From Eledone cirrhosa (Eukaryota), in contig OZ024750.1 in the NCBI GenBank assembly GCA_964016885.1, positions 44,330,001 to 44,394,000 of the forward strand: DNA of 64,000 nt, given 5' to 3'. This document shows, piece by piece, positions 15,806 to 29,644 of the stretch. Within the stretch, counting starts at the first letter, position 1; each line of letters begins with the position of its first letter. Made by a program: the position numbers and the translations under genes. The notes under the pieces were generated by a model that saw nothing but the letters and a program-made list of their open reading frames with translations, did not search any database and was not told the DNA's origin.

Positions 15806-15924
15806 CTACCAATCCAGTGTTAGTAATATTACTAATGAAAAGTCCTTTCATAAAACTATAATGGCAACGATTTAGGTAAATGGTTATGTATTAGAATCCT
15901 GGTTGGTTTCAGCTGGTTTCATAT

Positions 15925-16102
15925 CAAAAGGGCTAAACCAGTTACGGGCAAATTGCGGCCGCAAAACCGCATGACGACCGTTTGGTTTTCTGAATGGCAC
16001 GCTTAATTTGAAAATTGCCTTAGTACTTTTAGAAGTGCGGCCCGCCTTATGATGAGTCATATCCTATATAGCTCACTGCTCAAAAAAGGCTCCTATACCT
16101 GG
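15925..16102. mobile_element. Possible hAT-type MITE remnant
   Basis: gcggccgc/gcggcccgc subterminal motifs and an aaaaaaggctcctatacctg end resemble hAT non-autonomous termini; TIR and TSD not resolved. Confidence 0.3.
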
Positions 16103-16279
16103 GTTAAACCCTAAGTCAGCGCTGGGTGTGCAGACCTATGGGGGAAAGCTTCCAGCCGTGACCACCCCGTATTTTTCTAATTGATGCATAAGTGTATGCC
16201 GGTCTACATTGTGTAATGTAACCACCATCATTAAAAAAATAATAATAACTATATATATACATATATATATATTTCTCTT

Positions 16280-16578
16280 CTAGGGCGGGTAAAATTCCCG
16301 AGATCCATGGACGAGTTCTCTCCAGCGATCTCAGTCCCTCATTACCGCTGCCATGTCCTGCGTCTCCAAGAGACCAGTATCTGTCCTTAGGGCATCAACA
16401 TACGTTAACCTTGGTCTTCCCCTTCCAGTGTGTCCATGTAGGGGCCCCAACAGGAGCACTGAGTGCAATGTCAACTCTGGATGTCGGTGAGCATGTCCAG
16501 CTAACCTCAGTCTCATCTGTGTCACATTTGAGCTGACTTTTGGGAGGCTCCAATACGGCTCTGAGTTTTTCATCCTCA
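16280..16578 (-). mobile_element. RTE-clade LINE 3' fragment
   Basis: LPKVSS..RLRLAGHAHRHPE..GRGRPRLTYVDALRTDTGL..DRWRELV, the typical RTE C-terminus. Confidence 0.8.
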
Positions 16579-16621
16579 GTGTATACTGATTAATGATATA
16601 TACATGCATACATATATATAT

Positions 16622-16802
16622 GAAAAAGATTCACGACCCCGACGGCTGACCTCCGGCCGTTTCGATGGCGAGATCCGAACTAGCTGTCGAAACGACCGGA
16701 GCTCAGGCGTCGGGGTCGTGAATCTTTTCCTATCACCCACTCTACTACTCGAGTACTCTGGTGGGTTATGGTCCACCTGGTATCTTACCACACCCTCTAT
16801 GG
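16622..16802. mobile_element. Fold-back element, divergent subfamily, copy D
   Basis: Arms aaaagattcacgaccccgac / gtcggggtcgtgaatctttt, with a tail homologous to copies A-C. Confidence 0.8.
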
Positions 16803-16866
16803 TATATATATATATACATATATATCTGTGTGTGTGTGTGTGTGTGTGTATGATATATATGTGTGT

Positions 16867-16897
<31 letters not shown>

Positions 16898-16916
16898 TAT
16901 ATATATATATATGTAT

Positions 16917-17120
16917 AACGAAGGAATTGTGCTAAGGAACCAGATGGACCATAACGCACCAGAGTACTCAATACTTAGGGTAGTAGAGTGGGTAATAGGA
17001 AAAAGTATGACCCCGATGGCAGAGCTCAAGCCGTTTCGACGGCTATTTCTGGACTAAATATTTAGTCCAGAAATAGCTGTCGAAACGGCTTGAGCTCTGC
17101 CGTCGGGGTCATACTTTTTC

Positions 17121-17122
<2 letters not shown>
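16917..17122. mobile_element. Fold-back element, copy E
   Basis: Apex ctggactaaat|atttagtccag; arms share aaaaagtatgacccc / ggggtcatactttt. Confidence 0.85.
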
Positions 17123-17172
<50 letters not shown>

Positions 17173-17176
17173 ATAT

Positions 17177-17218
<42 letters not shown>

Positions 17219-17271
17219 ATATATATATGTATACATACACATATATATACATATATACATACACACACACT

Positions 17272-17338
<67 letters not shown>

Positions 17339-17487
17339 ATATATGATAGTTGTGGTATTACAGATGGGAGAGGTTGGTGGTACGCTAAAATCCCCAGCTT
17401 TCTTTATTACTAAAACGCCTGCCCTATATATTATTATATCCCCGGACAATGCTTAATGCGATTAGATGTTTAAATGACTTCCTTGTT

Positions 17488-18705
17488 GGAACAACAATAG
17501 CAACAACAGGAATAACAACAACAACAACAACAACAACAACAGTAACATCAACCACCATGTAACAACAGAGAGAACATCAACAATAAAAGTACGAACAACA
17601 ACATCAGCCATGACAGGTGTGGGGTGGGGGCGGGGTTGGGTAACGTTAATAAACTGCCGGATAAAAGATGGGAGAGGGGGAGTAATACAACAACAAGAGC
17701 AACAGCAACAACTATAGCAGCAACAACGACAAGACCAACAGCAGCAGCAACAATAGCAACAACAATAAAAACAACAGCAAAGCAACAATAGCAGCAACAA
17801 GAAGATCAACAAGAACAACAAGAACAAGAACAACAACAATAGGAACAACAACAAGATTAACAACAACATCAACAGCAGCAACGATAGCAACAATAGCAGC
17901 AACATCAACAACAGCAACAATAAAAACAACAGCAAAGAAACAACAGCAACAACAACAATATATATTTGACAACAACAACAGCAATGACAAACAATAACCG
18001 CATTAACAACAATAAAATTAGTGACTACAACAATAACAACAACAACAATAGCAATAAACTTCGTGACTACAACAACAACCACAATGCAATATACTACAAC
18101 AATAACATCAACCACAACAACTACAATACAATATACTTAGTGACTACAACAACAACAACAACAACTATGATATAATATGCTACAACAATAACAACAACCA
18201 CAATACAACAATAAACTTTGTGACTACAACAACTACAATACAATATTCTACAACAATAACAACAACCAAAATACAACAATAAACTCAGTGACTACAACAA
18301 TAACAACAACCACAATACAATAAACTTAGTGACTACAACAGTAACAACAACCACAATACTACAATAAACTTAGTGACTACAACAATAACAACAACCACAA
18401 TACAATAAACTTAGTGACTACAACAACAACGACAATACAATATGCTACAACAGTAACAACAACCACAATACTACAATAAACTTAGTGACTACAACAATAA
18501 CAACAACCACAATACAATAAACTTAGTGACTACAACAACAACAACAACTATAATACAATATGCTACAACAATAACAACAAGCACAATACAATAAACTTAG
18601 TGACTACAACAACAACCACAATACAATATGCTACAACAATAACAACTATGATACAAACGATATAAGATCAGCAACAATTACTTTTACAACAACTACAACA
18701 ATAAT
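17488..18705 (+). repeat. (CAA/CAG)n low-complexity tract grading into a minisatellite
   Basis: CAA runs; the unit aataaacttagtgactacaac recurs about 10 times from 18010. Confidence 0.85.
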
Positions 18706-18951
18706 TGTAATGTATGTGTGTTGTGTGTGTTGGCGGGAGCTGATGTGTTGGTTTCGTTGACGAGTGTTCTAGTTTTCTATCAACAGACCAGCCTGTTCCT
18801 CAAATTAACTTGTAAGGGACTGAACACCATACTGACACGGTTACCATTAATATGTGTCGCAGGGAGATTCAGCGTGTCACAGTGTGATATAAGGATGGAT
18901 TTTTGAAATAAGCTACAACATTTTACAAGCTGACCGAACAGGAGCAACGTT

Positions 18952-19019
18952 AAATGTAGCCGGGAATCGAACTCCCGAACCTTATCTGCGTAAACTGTGC
19001 ACCCTAACCTCTACGCCAT
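18952..19019 (-). mobile_element. tRNA-like SINE head / tRNA pseudogene
   Basis: Minus strand has an A box TGGCGTAGAGG and a B box GAGTTCGATTCCC; no complete cloverleaf. Confidence 0.55.
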
Positions 19020-19062
19020 AGAGAAAGAGTCGACTTCAGAACTGCTAACACACTTTTTTTTT

Positions 19063-19192
19063 TACCGACCTCGAAAGAATGAAAGGCAAAGTTGACCTCA
19101 GCGAGATTTGAACTCAGAATGCTGAGAGATAGAATGAATATCGCCAAGCATTGCGTCTGACACTCTAACGACTCTGCCAATTTGCTGCCTTA
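19063..19192 (-). mobile_element. tRNA-derived SINE copy
   Basis: gaaaggcaaagttgacctcagcgagatttgaactcagaa core. Confidence 0.7.
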
Positions 19193-19819
19193 TCCACCAA
19201 TCACGTAGACCCTGAACAAAAACTCTGATTCTTCTGTGACACCGGACCTATTCCATTCTTTTTCCATTCCTTCTCCCTTGTTTTTTTTTTAAACTTATAT
19301 TTTCTTATTTTACATTCTATTCTCTCTTCTCAATCCAAATTCTCTTCTTTTTTTTCCTCAGACATTTTTTTACATGACATTTACATAGAATATGCAAGAC
19401 ACATTATTTCACGTTGCTCCTTCTACCTGAAGTTGCGACCAATATATAGTATTAGCAATTGGAAAGACCAATGGAATCATTGTTTCCTCGGTCCGATTTG
19501 ACGAATGTCGATCGTTCCATACATAGAATAACATTCTAGGAAGATTCAAAACTCTGGTGATTACTATCCCGTCTTCCTCTAACTAAACAAGACAAATATA
19601 AATAAATCGTTCGCTAAATAATTAAATGAATAAGAACAAATTAAACAAACAAAGGCAGTTAATCTTGGCGGTTAAACAGCCTTAGAACAAACATTTAATA
19701 GTGGATCTGTAAAATATGTCAACGTGGATTATTTCAATAATCCGGAACTTTATTTAAAGTTCTTTTCTTTCCAGTAATTAGTGTGACTGTCAATGTCTCT
19801 ATATAAGTGTATATATATA

Positions 19820-19866
<47 letters not shown>

Positions 19867-19898
19867 TATATATATGTGTGTGTGTGTATATATATATA

Positions 19899-19937
<39 letters not shown>

Positions 19938-20333
19938 CCAACAACATGCGTACATACACACATACAAATATGCATACATACATGCATATGAACATGTATT
20001 TCAATGTGTATATATCAATATATGTGTTTGTATTTATGTATGTGTGTATATATGTGTGTTTGTATGTATATGTTTGTGTTTACACCTTCTAAATACCTTG
20101 AATACGTAAAGCAAGGATTATATGATATTTGATATAGAAAAGCCCCTTAATATACATATACACATATATACACACATACATAAATACAAACACATATATT
20201 GATATATACACATTGAAACACATGTTCATATGCATGTATGTGTGCATGCATATTTGTATGTGTGTATGTACGCATGTTGTTGGTAAAATATATATATATA
20301 TATATATGCATTGTTGACGCTTCCAAAGCGACC

Positions 20334-20434
<101 letters not shown>

Positions 20435-20445
20435 CATATATATAT

Positions 20446-20476
<31 letters not shown>

Positions 20477-20499
20477 CATACATATATATATATATATAT

Positions 20500-20542
<43 letters not shown>

Positions 20543-20570
20543 CATATATATATATACATACATATATATA

Positions 20571-21128
20571 TGGTGGCTGCCAACTCGTTTTCGAGTACGG
20601 CCACTACTTTATATCCATGTAGGAGAACCCCTACCGATGCGCTGAACGAATGTGACTTTTTAGTCCAGCCAGCGACTTGAAAACTCTGGCACAAAGACTA
20701 CACTTGTGACCATTATTGACACATAGTGCAGGGCCCATGGTACCATGTGATGACAAGTGCAGAGAGATCTCCAGATATAAAGCAATGCCTGTGCTGTGAA
20801 GCTTTTATAGTGAGCAAAGGCACTGCACAAAGCCAGTCCCACTCTCTTAACCAAGATGATATTTACCAAAAAGAAGAACAAGTCAACATCATTGGATACC
20901 ATCAGGGTTGCAGGTGTTATATCAGAGTTTTCCTTCTCCTAGAATTCTGCCTTGACAAAGGCTAAGGGGTCATCTCTCCCGGTGATTTTGGATGGCTATT
21001 GAGTCTTAAGAGCTCCCTTGCCCTTTGACAGGTTTTGTTTTTAGTCCTGCAGGATGTCCAAAGTCACCCTCCTCACCAAGAAACCTTGGTGGGGTTGCCA
21101 GTTTAGTCGCCAACGACCCGACCATGAG
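20571..21128 (-). mobile_element. Non-coding ~560-bp element with an RTE-like 5' UTR motif
   Basis: gcctttgtcaaggcagaattctaggagaaggaaaactctga resembles RTE 5' UTR motifs (recalled, not searched); second copy at 11271-11617. Confidence 0.55.
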
Positions 21129-21209
21129 ACATGAGACATATATATATATATATATATATATACCATGAGACATATATATATATATATATATATACATACA
21201 TATATATAT

Positions 21210-21240
<31 letters not shown>

Positions 21241-21261
21241 CATACATATATATATATATAT

Positions 21262-21312
<51 letters not shown>

Positions 21313-21355
21313 CATACATACATATATATATATATACATACATATATATATATAT

Positions 21356-21409
<54 letters not shown>

Positions 21410-21417
21410 TTAGTGAA

Positions 21418-21632
21418 GGCGTGTGGCTGAGTGGTTAGAGAATTGGATTCGCAATCGTAAGGTTGTGAGTTCGATTCCTGGACCAGGCGATGCGTTATGT
21501 CCTTGAGCAAGACACTTTATTTCACGTTGCTCCTTCTACCTGGAGTTGCGACCGATAGATAGTATTAGCAATTGGAAAGACCAACGGAAACATTGTTCCC
21601 TCGGTCCGATTTGACGAAAGTCGATCGTTCCT
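21418..21632 (+). mobile_element. tRNA-derived SINE, second family
   Basis: A box TGGCTGAGTGG, B box GAGTTCGATTCC, core gtccttgagcaagacactttatttcac; its 3' part is duplicated at 19396-19519. Confidence 0.8.
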
Positions 21633-21788
21633 TCATATATACATATATATATATATACATACATACATATATATATATACATATATAAATGTATATATAT
21701 ATATAAAATGAGTAAAGATTACGCTAAACGATATCTCGTTAAGTTATATATATATATATATATACTGTATAAATATACTGTATATATA

Positions 21789-21822
<34 letters not shown>

Positions 21823-22269
21823 TGTATATATATATATATATATATATACTGTATATATATATATATATATATATACTGTATATATATATATATATACATA
21901 CATATATATACTGTATATATATATATATGTATATATACATTGAGGTCGTTGACTTATTCCCATCCATCCTCGACCTCGTCATTGATTTACAAGGAACATA
22001 TATTAATTAATAGAACAGTAGTCAGCTTTAGATGTAATGCAATAATATATTTACTCTACTTGATGTATCTTTATCTTGTTTCCATTTGTAAATACACACA
22101 TTTGTAAATACACACGTTTCATTGTCGTTGTCCTCATAACAACTATCTTAGACGTACGGTTTTAGGGATACTGTTGTAATATACACGGCGTTAGCTATTC
22201 AGCCCTCTCTGGATATAAACACCCAATGGGAGAGAGGGAGAGAGAATTGGAGAGTGAAATAGAGGGAGA

Positions 22270-22384
22270 GAGAGAGGAGAGAGAAAATGCCAGAGGGTGA
22301 GTGAAAGAGAGAGAGAGAGTTATATATATATATATATTTAGAGAGAGAGAGAGAGAAAATACCAGAGAGTGAGTAGAGGTGAGT

Positions 22385-22423
<39 letters not shown>

Positions 22424-22538
22424 TTATATATATATATTTAGAGAGAGAGAGAGAGAGAGAACGAGTTATATATATATATATTTAGAGAGAGAGAGAGAGA
22501 GAGAGAGAGAAAATACCAGAGAGTGAGTAGAGGTGAGT

Positions 22539-22581
<43 letters not shown>

Positions 22582-23033
22582 TTATTTTTTTTTTTTTTTA
22601 TTTTACGTCCACTTTTCCATGCTTGCAAGGGTGGGACGGGAACTGATTCTGGCTTGATTTCTACAGCTGGATGCCCTTCCTAACACCAACCTCATTTACA
22701 GTGAGTGCTGGGTGCTTTTTTGCCGTGGCACCTCCACGACCACTTTGCAGTGGAATGATATGGACCCCAGTCCCTATCATCTCATTTCTACAGCTGAGTA
22801 AACTGGAGCAATGTGAAATAAAGTGCCTTGCTCAAGGAAACAACACATCACCCGGTCTGAGAATTGAACTCACAACCTTTCGATTGCAAGGCCAATGCTC
22901 TAACCACTAAGCCAAGTTATATATATATATATTTAGAGAGAGAGAGAGAGAGAGAGAGAGAAAATACCAGAGAGTGAGTAGAGGTGAGTGAAAGAGAGAG
23001 AGAGAGAGAATTATATATATATATATATATATT

Positions 23034-23070
<37 letters not shown>

Positions 23071-23133
23071 TACCAGAGAGTGAGTAGAGGTGAGTGAAAG
23101 AGAGAGAGAGAGAGTTATATATATATATATATT

Positions 23134-23190
<57 letters not shown>
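22270..23190 (+). repeat. Tandem repeat of a compound unit (unique core + (GA)n + (TA)n + (GA)n)
   Basis: aaaataccagagagtgagtagaggtgagtgaaag occurs at ~22357, 22510, 22961 and 23067, plus a degenerate copy at 22284. Confidence 0.85.
22586..22914 (-). mobile_element. tRNA-derived SINE (second family) with poly-A tail and TSD
   Basis: Minus strand has tggcttagtggttagag, gagttcaattc and ccttgagcaaggcactttatttcac; T-run at 22585-22599; agttat duplicated at both ends. Confidence 0.75.
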
Positions 23191-23194
<4 letters not shown>

Positions 23195-23214
23195 GTATTG
23201 ACATACGGCGTTTC

Positions 23215-23403
23215 CAAGGCATTTGAAGCCAGGGAGAGGGGAAGTATAGACCCAGCATTTGACTGGTACTTTTTTCATCTCCCTCGAAATTATTGAAAGG
23301 CAAATTTGACCTCGGTGGGATTTGACCTACGAGAGTAGAGAGGCGGAACGAACACCATAAAGTATTCTATCCGAGATTCTAACGACACTGCCAATTCACC
23401 GTC
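23215..23403 (-). mobile_element. tRNA-derived SINE copy
   Basis: gactggtac..gaaaggcaaatttgacctcggtgggatttga core. Confidence 0.65.
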
Positions 23404-23426
23404 TATATAGTTGCACTAAATAACGC

Positions 23427-23468
<42 letters not shown>

Positions 23469-23469
<1 letters not shown>

Positions 23470-23752
23470 GGCATGTGAGTTAGTGGTTAGAGAGTTGAAT
23501 TCACAACAGTGATGTTGAGAGCTCGATTCCTGAACCGAGTGAGGAAGACACTTTATTTCAGGTTAAACCAGATGATTTAGCGGAAGTAATGAGATGGCTG
23601 TTAGATGTATCTCACTCTGCCTTTCTCTTGGACAACATTGGTGCCATTGGTGCCATGGACAGAAGAGATGCATTGGTGACTGTTGGTCTTCTACAAAACC
23701 ACATTTGCCCGGGCTTGTGAGACGGAGAGGAACTTTCTAGTTGCAAATAAAT
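23469..23752 (+). mobile_element. Degenerate tRNA-derived SINE (second family)
   Basis: ttagtggttagag..gctcgattcctg..aagacactttatttca. Confidence 0.55.
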
Positions 23753-23753
23753 A

Positions 23754-23785
<32 letters not shown>

Positions 23786-23827
23786 CAATATTAAATAAAT
23801 GGAAAACTATATTTATAAAACCATATT

Positions 23828-23893
23828 TATTTCATTATATATATTTCGGGGATATCATATTAACAATATGCTATGCCTTCATCAGACAAAATA
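23828..23893 (-). ncRNA. Type I minimal hammerhead ribozyme (inverted copy)
   Basis: Reverse complement of 24781-24846. Confidence 0.8.
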
Positions 23894-24780
23894 CAATATA
23901 AACAGTTTTATAGATAAATATATTCGACATACCGTAATAAACATCAACTTCATTTGAAGAGGTTTACTCTAGCAGTGAAAATACAGAGAGAAAGAAAGAG
24001 AGAGAACTTTGAATTTGCGGAGTGAATCAGTTGAAATCACATAGACATATGAATTTTTTAAAAAACTAAACATAAGATAATGAATTTTCACGCATTGTGA
24101 AAGAGAGAGAGAGAGAAAAGAGGGAAATAAGAAAGAAAGAAAGACAAAACGAAGAAAAGGAAGAAAAAGAAGAAAAAGAAAAAGAAGAAATGCATGGGAC
24201 AAAATAGAGAGATGGAAAAATAGATAAAGCGAAGAGCTTCATGTAAAGAGACAGAAAGAGATATATATATATATAGAGAGAGAGAGGAAATAGAGATAGA
24301 TACATATATAAATATAGATATAGAAAAATTAGGTAGTGGGAGGTCATTTTGAGTAAGTGTATCAATGATGCATTTATTTATTTATTTATTTATTTAGCTC
24401 AAGTATTAATGTAAGGGAGATATATAGAGAGATATAGAGAGATATAGAGAGAGAAAAAATTTAAAAATAGCCAGACATATTCGAGGCGTAGAAAACCCTA
24501 TGTTTTAATGTATTAGTATTTATAAAACTTACACTATATTGTAAATATCAGTATTCCTGAATGAAACAAGTATTCACAATGCGTGAAAATTCATTATCTT
24601 ATGTTTAGTTTTTTAAAAAATTCATATGTCTATGTGATTTCAACTGATTCACTCCGCAAATTCAAAGTTCTCTCTCTTTCTTTCTCTCTGTATTTTCACT
24701 GCTAGAGTAAACCTCTTCAAATGAAGTTGATGTTTATTACGGTATGTCGAATATATTTATCTATAAAACTGTTTATATTG

Positions 24781-24846
24781 TATTTTGTCTGATGAAGGCA
24801 TAGCATATTGTTAATATGATATCCCCGAAATATATATAATGAAATA
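24781..24846 (+). ncRNA. Type I minimal hammerhead ribozyme
   Basis: Stem I TATTTTGT/ATGAAATA (two G-U pairs), CTGATGA, stem II gg..catatt gtt aatatg..cc, GAAA, palindromic TATATA, AUA cleavage site (after 24838). Confidence 0.82.
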
Positions 24847-24974
24847 AATATGGTTTTATAAATATAGTTTTCCATTTATTTAATATTGTAAATATACTCC
24901 AAGTATTTGTCGAGTGCTTTTATATCAGTTATAAATATTTACTAGTTGTAACCCAACAATTTTAAATATAACTT

Positions 24975-25012
<38 letters not shown>

Positions 25013-25342
25013 TATATAGTACAATTTAATATAAAATTATGATCAACACTAATGTGTTTTTTTTGCAAATTGCAAGGCTTGCATTTTGAAATTTAAACTT
25101 GTCTAGGCACCAGGGCAGTTGCCATTATACGTCTGTAAGTATAGATTTATTATTTTTTAGATCGATACAGGCGGACTATATGTACTTGAATTAAGGTATT
25201 TCTATCTGGCTAAATTATTGTCAATTTGCAAAAAAAACACATTAGTGTTGATTATAATTTTATATTAAATTGTATTGTAATGCTCAGAAATATTTCTTAG
25301 AGCTTAATAATTGTATTTGACTCCTGAGTGAAAACTCTAAAT

Positions 25343-25393
<51 letters not shown>

Positions 25394-25409
25394 ATATATA
25401 TATTTATAT

Positions 25410-25665
25410 CTAGGGCGGGTAATATTCCCGAAATCCATGGACGAGTTCTCTCCAGCGGTCTCTGACCCTCATTATTGCTGCCATGTCCTGCGTCTTCAAC
25501 AGGCCAGTGTCTGTCATTAGGGCATCAACATACGTTAACCTTGGTCTTCCTCTTCCTGTGTGTCCGTGTAGGGGCTCCTACAGGAGCACTGAGTGCAATG
25601 TCAACTCTGGATGTCGGTGAGCATGTCCAGCTAACCTCAGTCTCCTCTGTGTCACTTTTGAGCTG
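25410..25665 (-). mobile_element. RTE-clade LINE 3' fragment (same family as 16280-16578)
   Basis: Near-identical nucleotide sequence, ending at the same ctagggcgggt terminus. Confidence 0.8.
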
Positions 25666-25667
25666 AA

Positions 25668-25708
<41 letters not shown>

Positions 25709-25880
25709 TTAAAACAATGAAATTAAACAGAAAACGGTTAATTCATAGTAAAACTCATTATTTTACGATCGTTTCTGGGGGCGTAGTTCCCCGTATGTCC
25801 ATTCAATTTTTGTTCTATGTAAAACATATTACAAAATATCATAGTAAGAAAAAATACATACGTCTTCACTACCCGCCGTC

Positions 25881-25915
<35 letters not shown>

Positions 25916-25919
<4 letters not shown>

Positions 25920-26130
25920 ATTTAAAACTGCACTATTCACAAGTGTTTTTTAACCTTCATATCATCTCTCCCTATTTTATCTGACGAAAACGCAAATGTC
26001 ATCGTATGATGATATTTGTTTTTGAAATGCGCATAATAAAATACATGGAACTCTTTTAACCATCTTTTGATCTTATATATTTGTTATACTCCAGTCCTAT
26101 AAACTGTAGAGTGCTACTTATCCGATATCT
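25916..26130 (+). mobile_element. Solo pLTR of the 13150-14988 PLE family
   Basis: Homologous to 14827-14988 and to the reverse complement of 13195-13390. Confidence 0.75.
25973..26043 (+). ncRNA. Type I minimal hammerhead ribozyme
   Basis: TATTTTAT-CTGACGA-stem II-GAAA-TGCGCA-TA-ATAAAATA; substitutions relative to the 14885 copy preserve pairing. Confidence 0.88.
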
Positions 26131-27126
26131 GCATATATATATGTGTGTGAGTGTGTGTGTGTGTGTGTGTTTTTGTGTGTGTGCGTGCGACTGTGTATGT
26201 GTGTATGTGTGTGTCTGTGAGTGTTTCTGTGTGTGTATGTGTATGTGTGTTTGTGTAAGTGTGTGCGTATGTGTGTGTATGGAACTTTCTAGTTGCAAAT
26301 ATATATATATGTTTATGTGCATGTCTATGTGTATGTGTGTGTCTGTGTGTGTCTGTGCATGTCTGTGTTTGTGTGTGTATATGTGTGCTTGTGTGTCTAT
26401 GTGTCTCTCTCCGTGTATGTGTGTATTTATGTGTGTGTTTGTATGTATGTGTGTGTGTGTGTGTGTGTGTCTGGGTATGTCTGTGTGTGTGTATCTGTGT
26501 AGGTGTGGGTGTGGGTGTGTGTATGTGTGTGTGTGAGTGTGTGTATGTGTGGGTGTGTGTGTAGGTGTGGGTATGTGTGTAGGTGTGGGTATGTGTGTGT
26601 GCGTGTGTGTGTGTGTGTATGTGAGTGTGTGCATATGTGTGTATTAGTTCTGACATCTCAGTTCTTAGCCTCAATTTTAATCTGTTTTTTTTTCGGGTTT
26701 TATGTTTTATGTTCACTCTTGGTCAATTAGTCAGTTAGTACACGTGTGTAAGTGTGACACATACACAGGTGTGTGTTAGTGTGACACATACACAGGTGTG
26801 TTAATGTTCACCACTCTGGCTATATATAACTGATGAAGCACTAAACATCCAAATTTCGAATCAGTGTTGCGACGAATGGAATTTATTGGACATATTACAA
26901 TCGTTTCTCTGGCGACAGCACGAGGCACGATCGATGTGATGATCGAACCTGACTCTGAAAACCACAAGGTCCTCAGATACGCATGGCTATACAACACATT
27001 TTGATATACAAAAAGCTACTAGAACTGCTTCATTCGAAGGAAATCATGAGGAAAGATCCTAATGATTTGTTTCGAATGAATCAGTTCTTTTTCCTGAAGA
27101 AGCCAATTCTATATTAAATGTTGTTG

Positions 27127-27184
<58 letters not shown>

Positions 27185-27186
<2 letters not shown>

Positions 27187-27260
27187 CAAAGGAAATGTGG
27201 TAAGGAACCAGATGGACCATAACGCACCAGAGTACGCACTACTTAGGGTAGTAGAGTGGG
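27185..27260. mobile_element. Fold-back element family, tail-only fragment F
   Basis: aacaaaggaaatgtggtaaggaaccagatggacc..gtagagtggg in (TA)n. Confidence 0.8.
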
Positions 27261-27272
27261 AAATATATATAT

Positions 27273-27304
<32 letters not shown>

Positions 27305-27785
27305 CACCCAAATATAATTTCAGCGAGATCGCATTTCGGCTGTGGTCAAAAGCAAAGCAAAACGCAATTTTCGAGCTATGCGGCAAGCGCTCAATGGACT
27401 AAAAGAAGACCAGAGCAATTAACATACGTTATAGAGGCCAAACAAACTGAAAACGGTGGTCGTGAAGCTATTGGCCCCCGGAGCCGAAAAAATGAAGCAA
27501 TCTAAACCGGTTAACAAACGAATTTACCTTAACCGCCTGGAAATTGATGGTATAACCCAGTGGAAGGTTTCTGTGACACCTAAATCAATTATACTGCCTG
27601 CTTTTAATGCTTTTGGTATAACGATCGAACAAGGCTGCTATTTCGTCAACAGGTATTTTGTTCTCAGCCAGCGACTGGGTTCCTATCAGTAGTAGTGTTA
27701 GAATGATTTACCCCACGTGTTTGCCCTGCAAGGGAGGTAACCCCGGTCTTAGCAGTAGGATTCAGAATGTGTAAAATTATTGCAA

Positions 27786-29227
<1,442 letters not shown>

Positions 29228-29644
29228 TACATATATACAAATAAAGTTACGCATTTTGAATATTGCGAATGAGAATAATCTGGTCTCTTATCAGCGCAAT
29301 TTCAAGAACGACAATCCTTTAGCAGGTGTTGAGATCCTGTGAAGCAACCAAGGGAGAGAACCTCTATAGCCTGATGTGGTTCAAGCGTTTTAGAACACTT
29401 TCAGACAATATATTATGAGTAGATCGTCACTTGAAGCCAGAACGGTGTGAGAAACGAACAGACTTCGATCGTTACAGACTAGACAAGAATATAGACAAAT
29501 GTATGCAGGGAAGAGGAAAGGAATTATGTATTGATTCTGTATGTTAGCAAAGTAACAATGAATACATACATATCTATCTATCTACCTACCTCCCTCCCTC
29601 CCTTCATACCTACCTACCTACCTATCTACCTACGTATCAATCTA

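Larger units (their letters stand above)
23784..24975. mobile_element. Non-coding inverted pLTR pair (318-bp arms 23784-24101 / 24573-24890)
   Basis: Arms are reverse complements (coordinate sum 48674), each contains an HHR, and both ends lie in (TA)n. Confidence 0.8.

Noticed and set aside
17462-18115. 217-aa Leu/Val/Cys-rich ORF or poly-Q/N protein
   Set aside because: Trinucleotide repeat translation; no splice or domain evidence.
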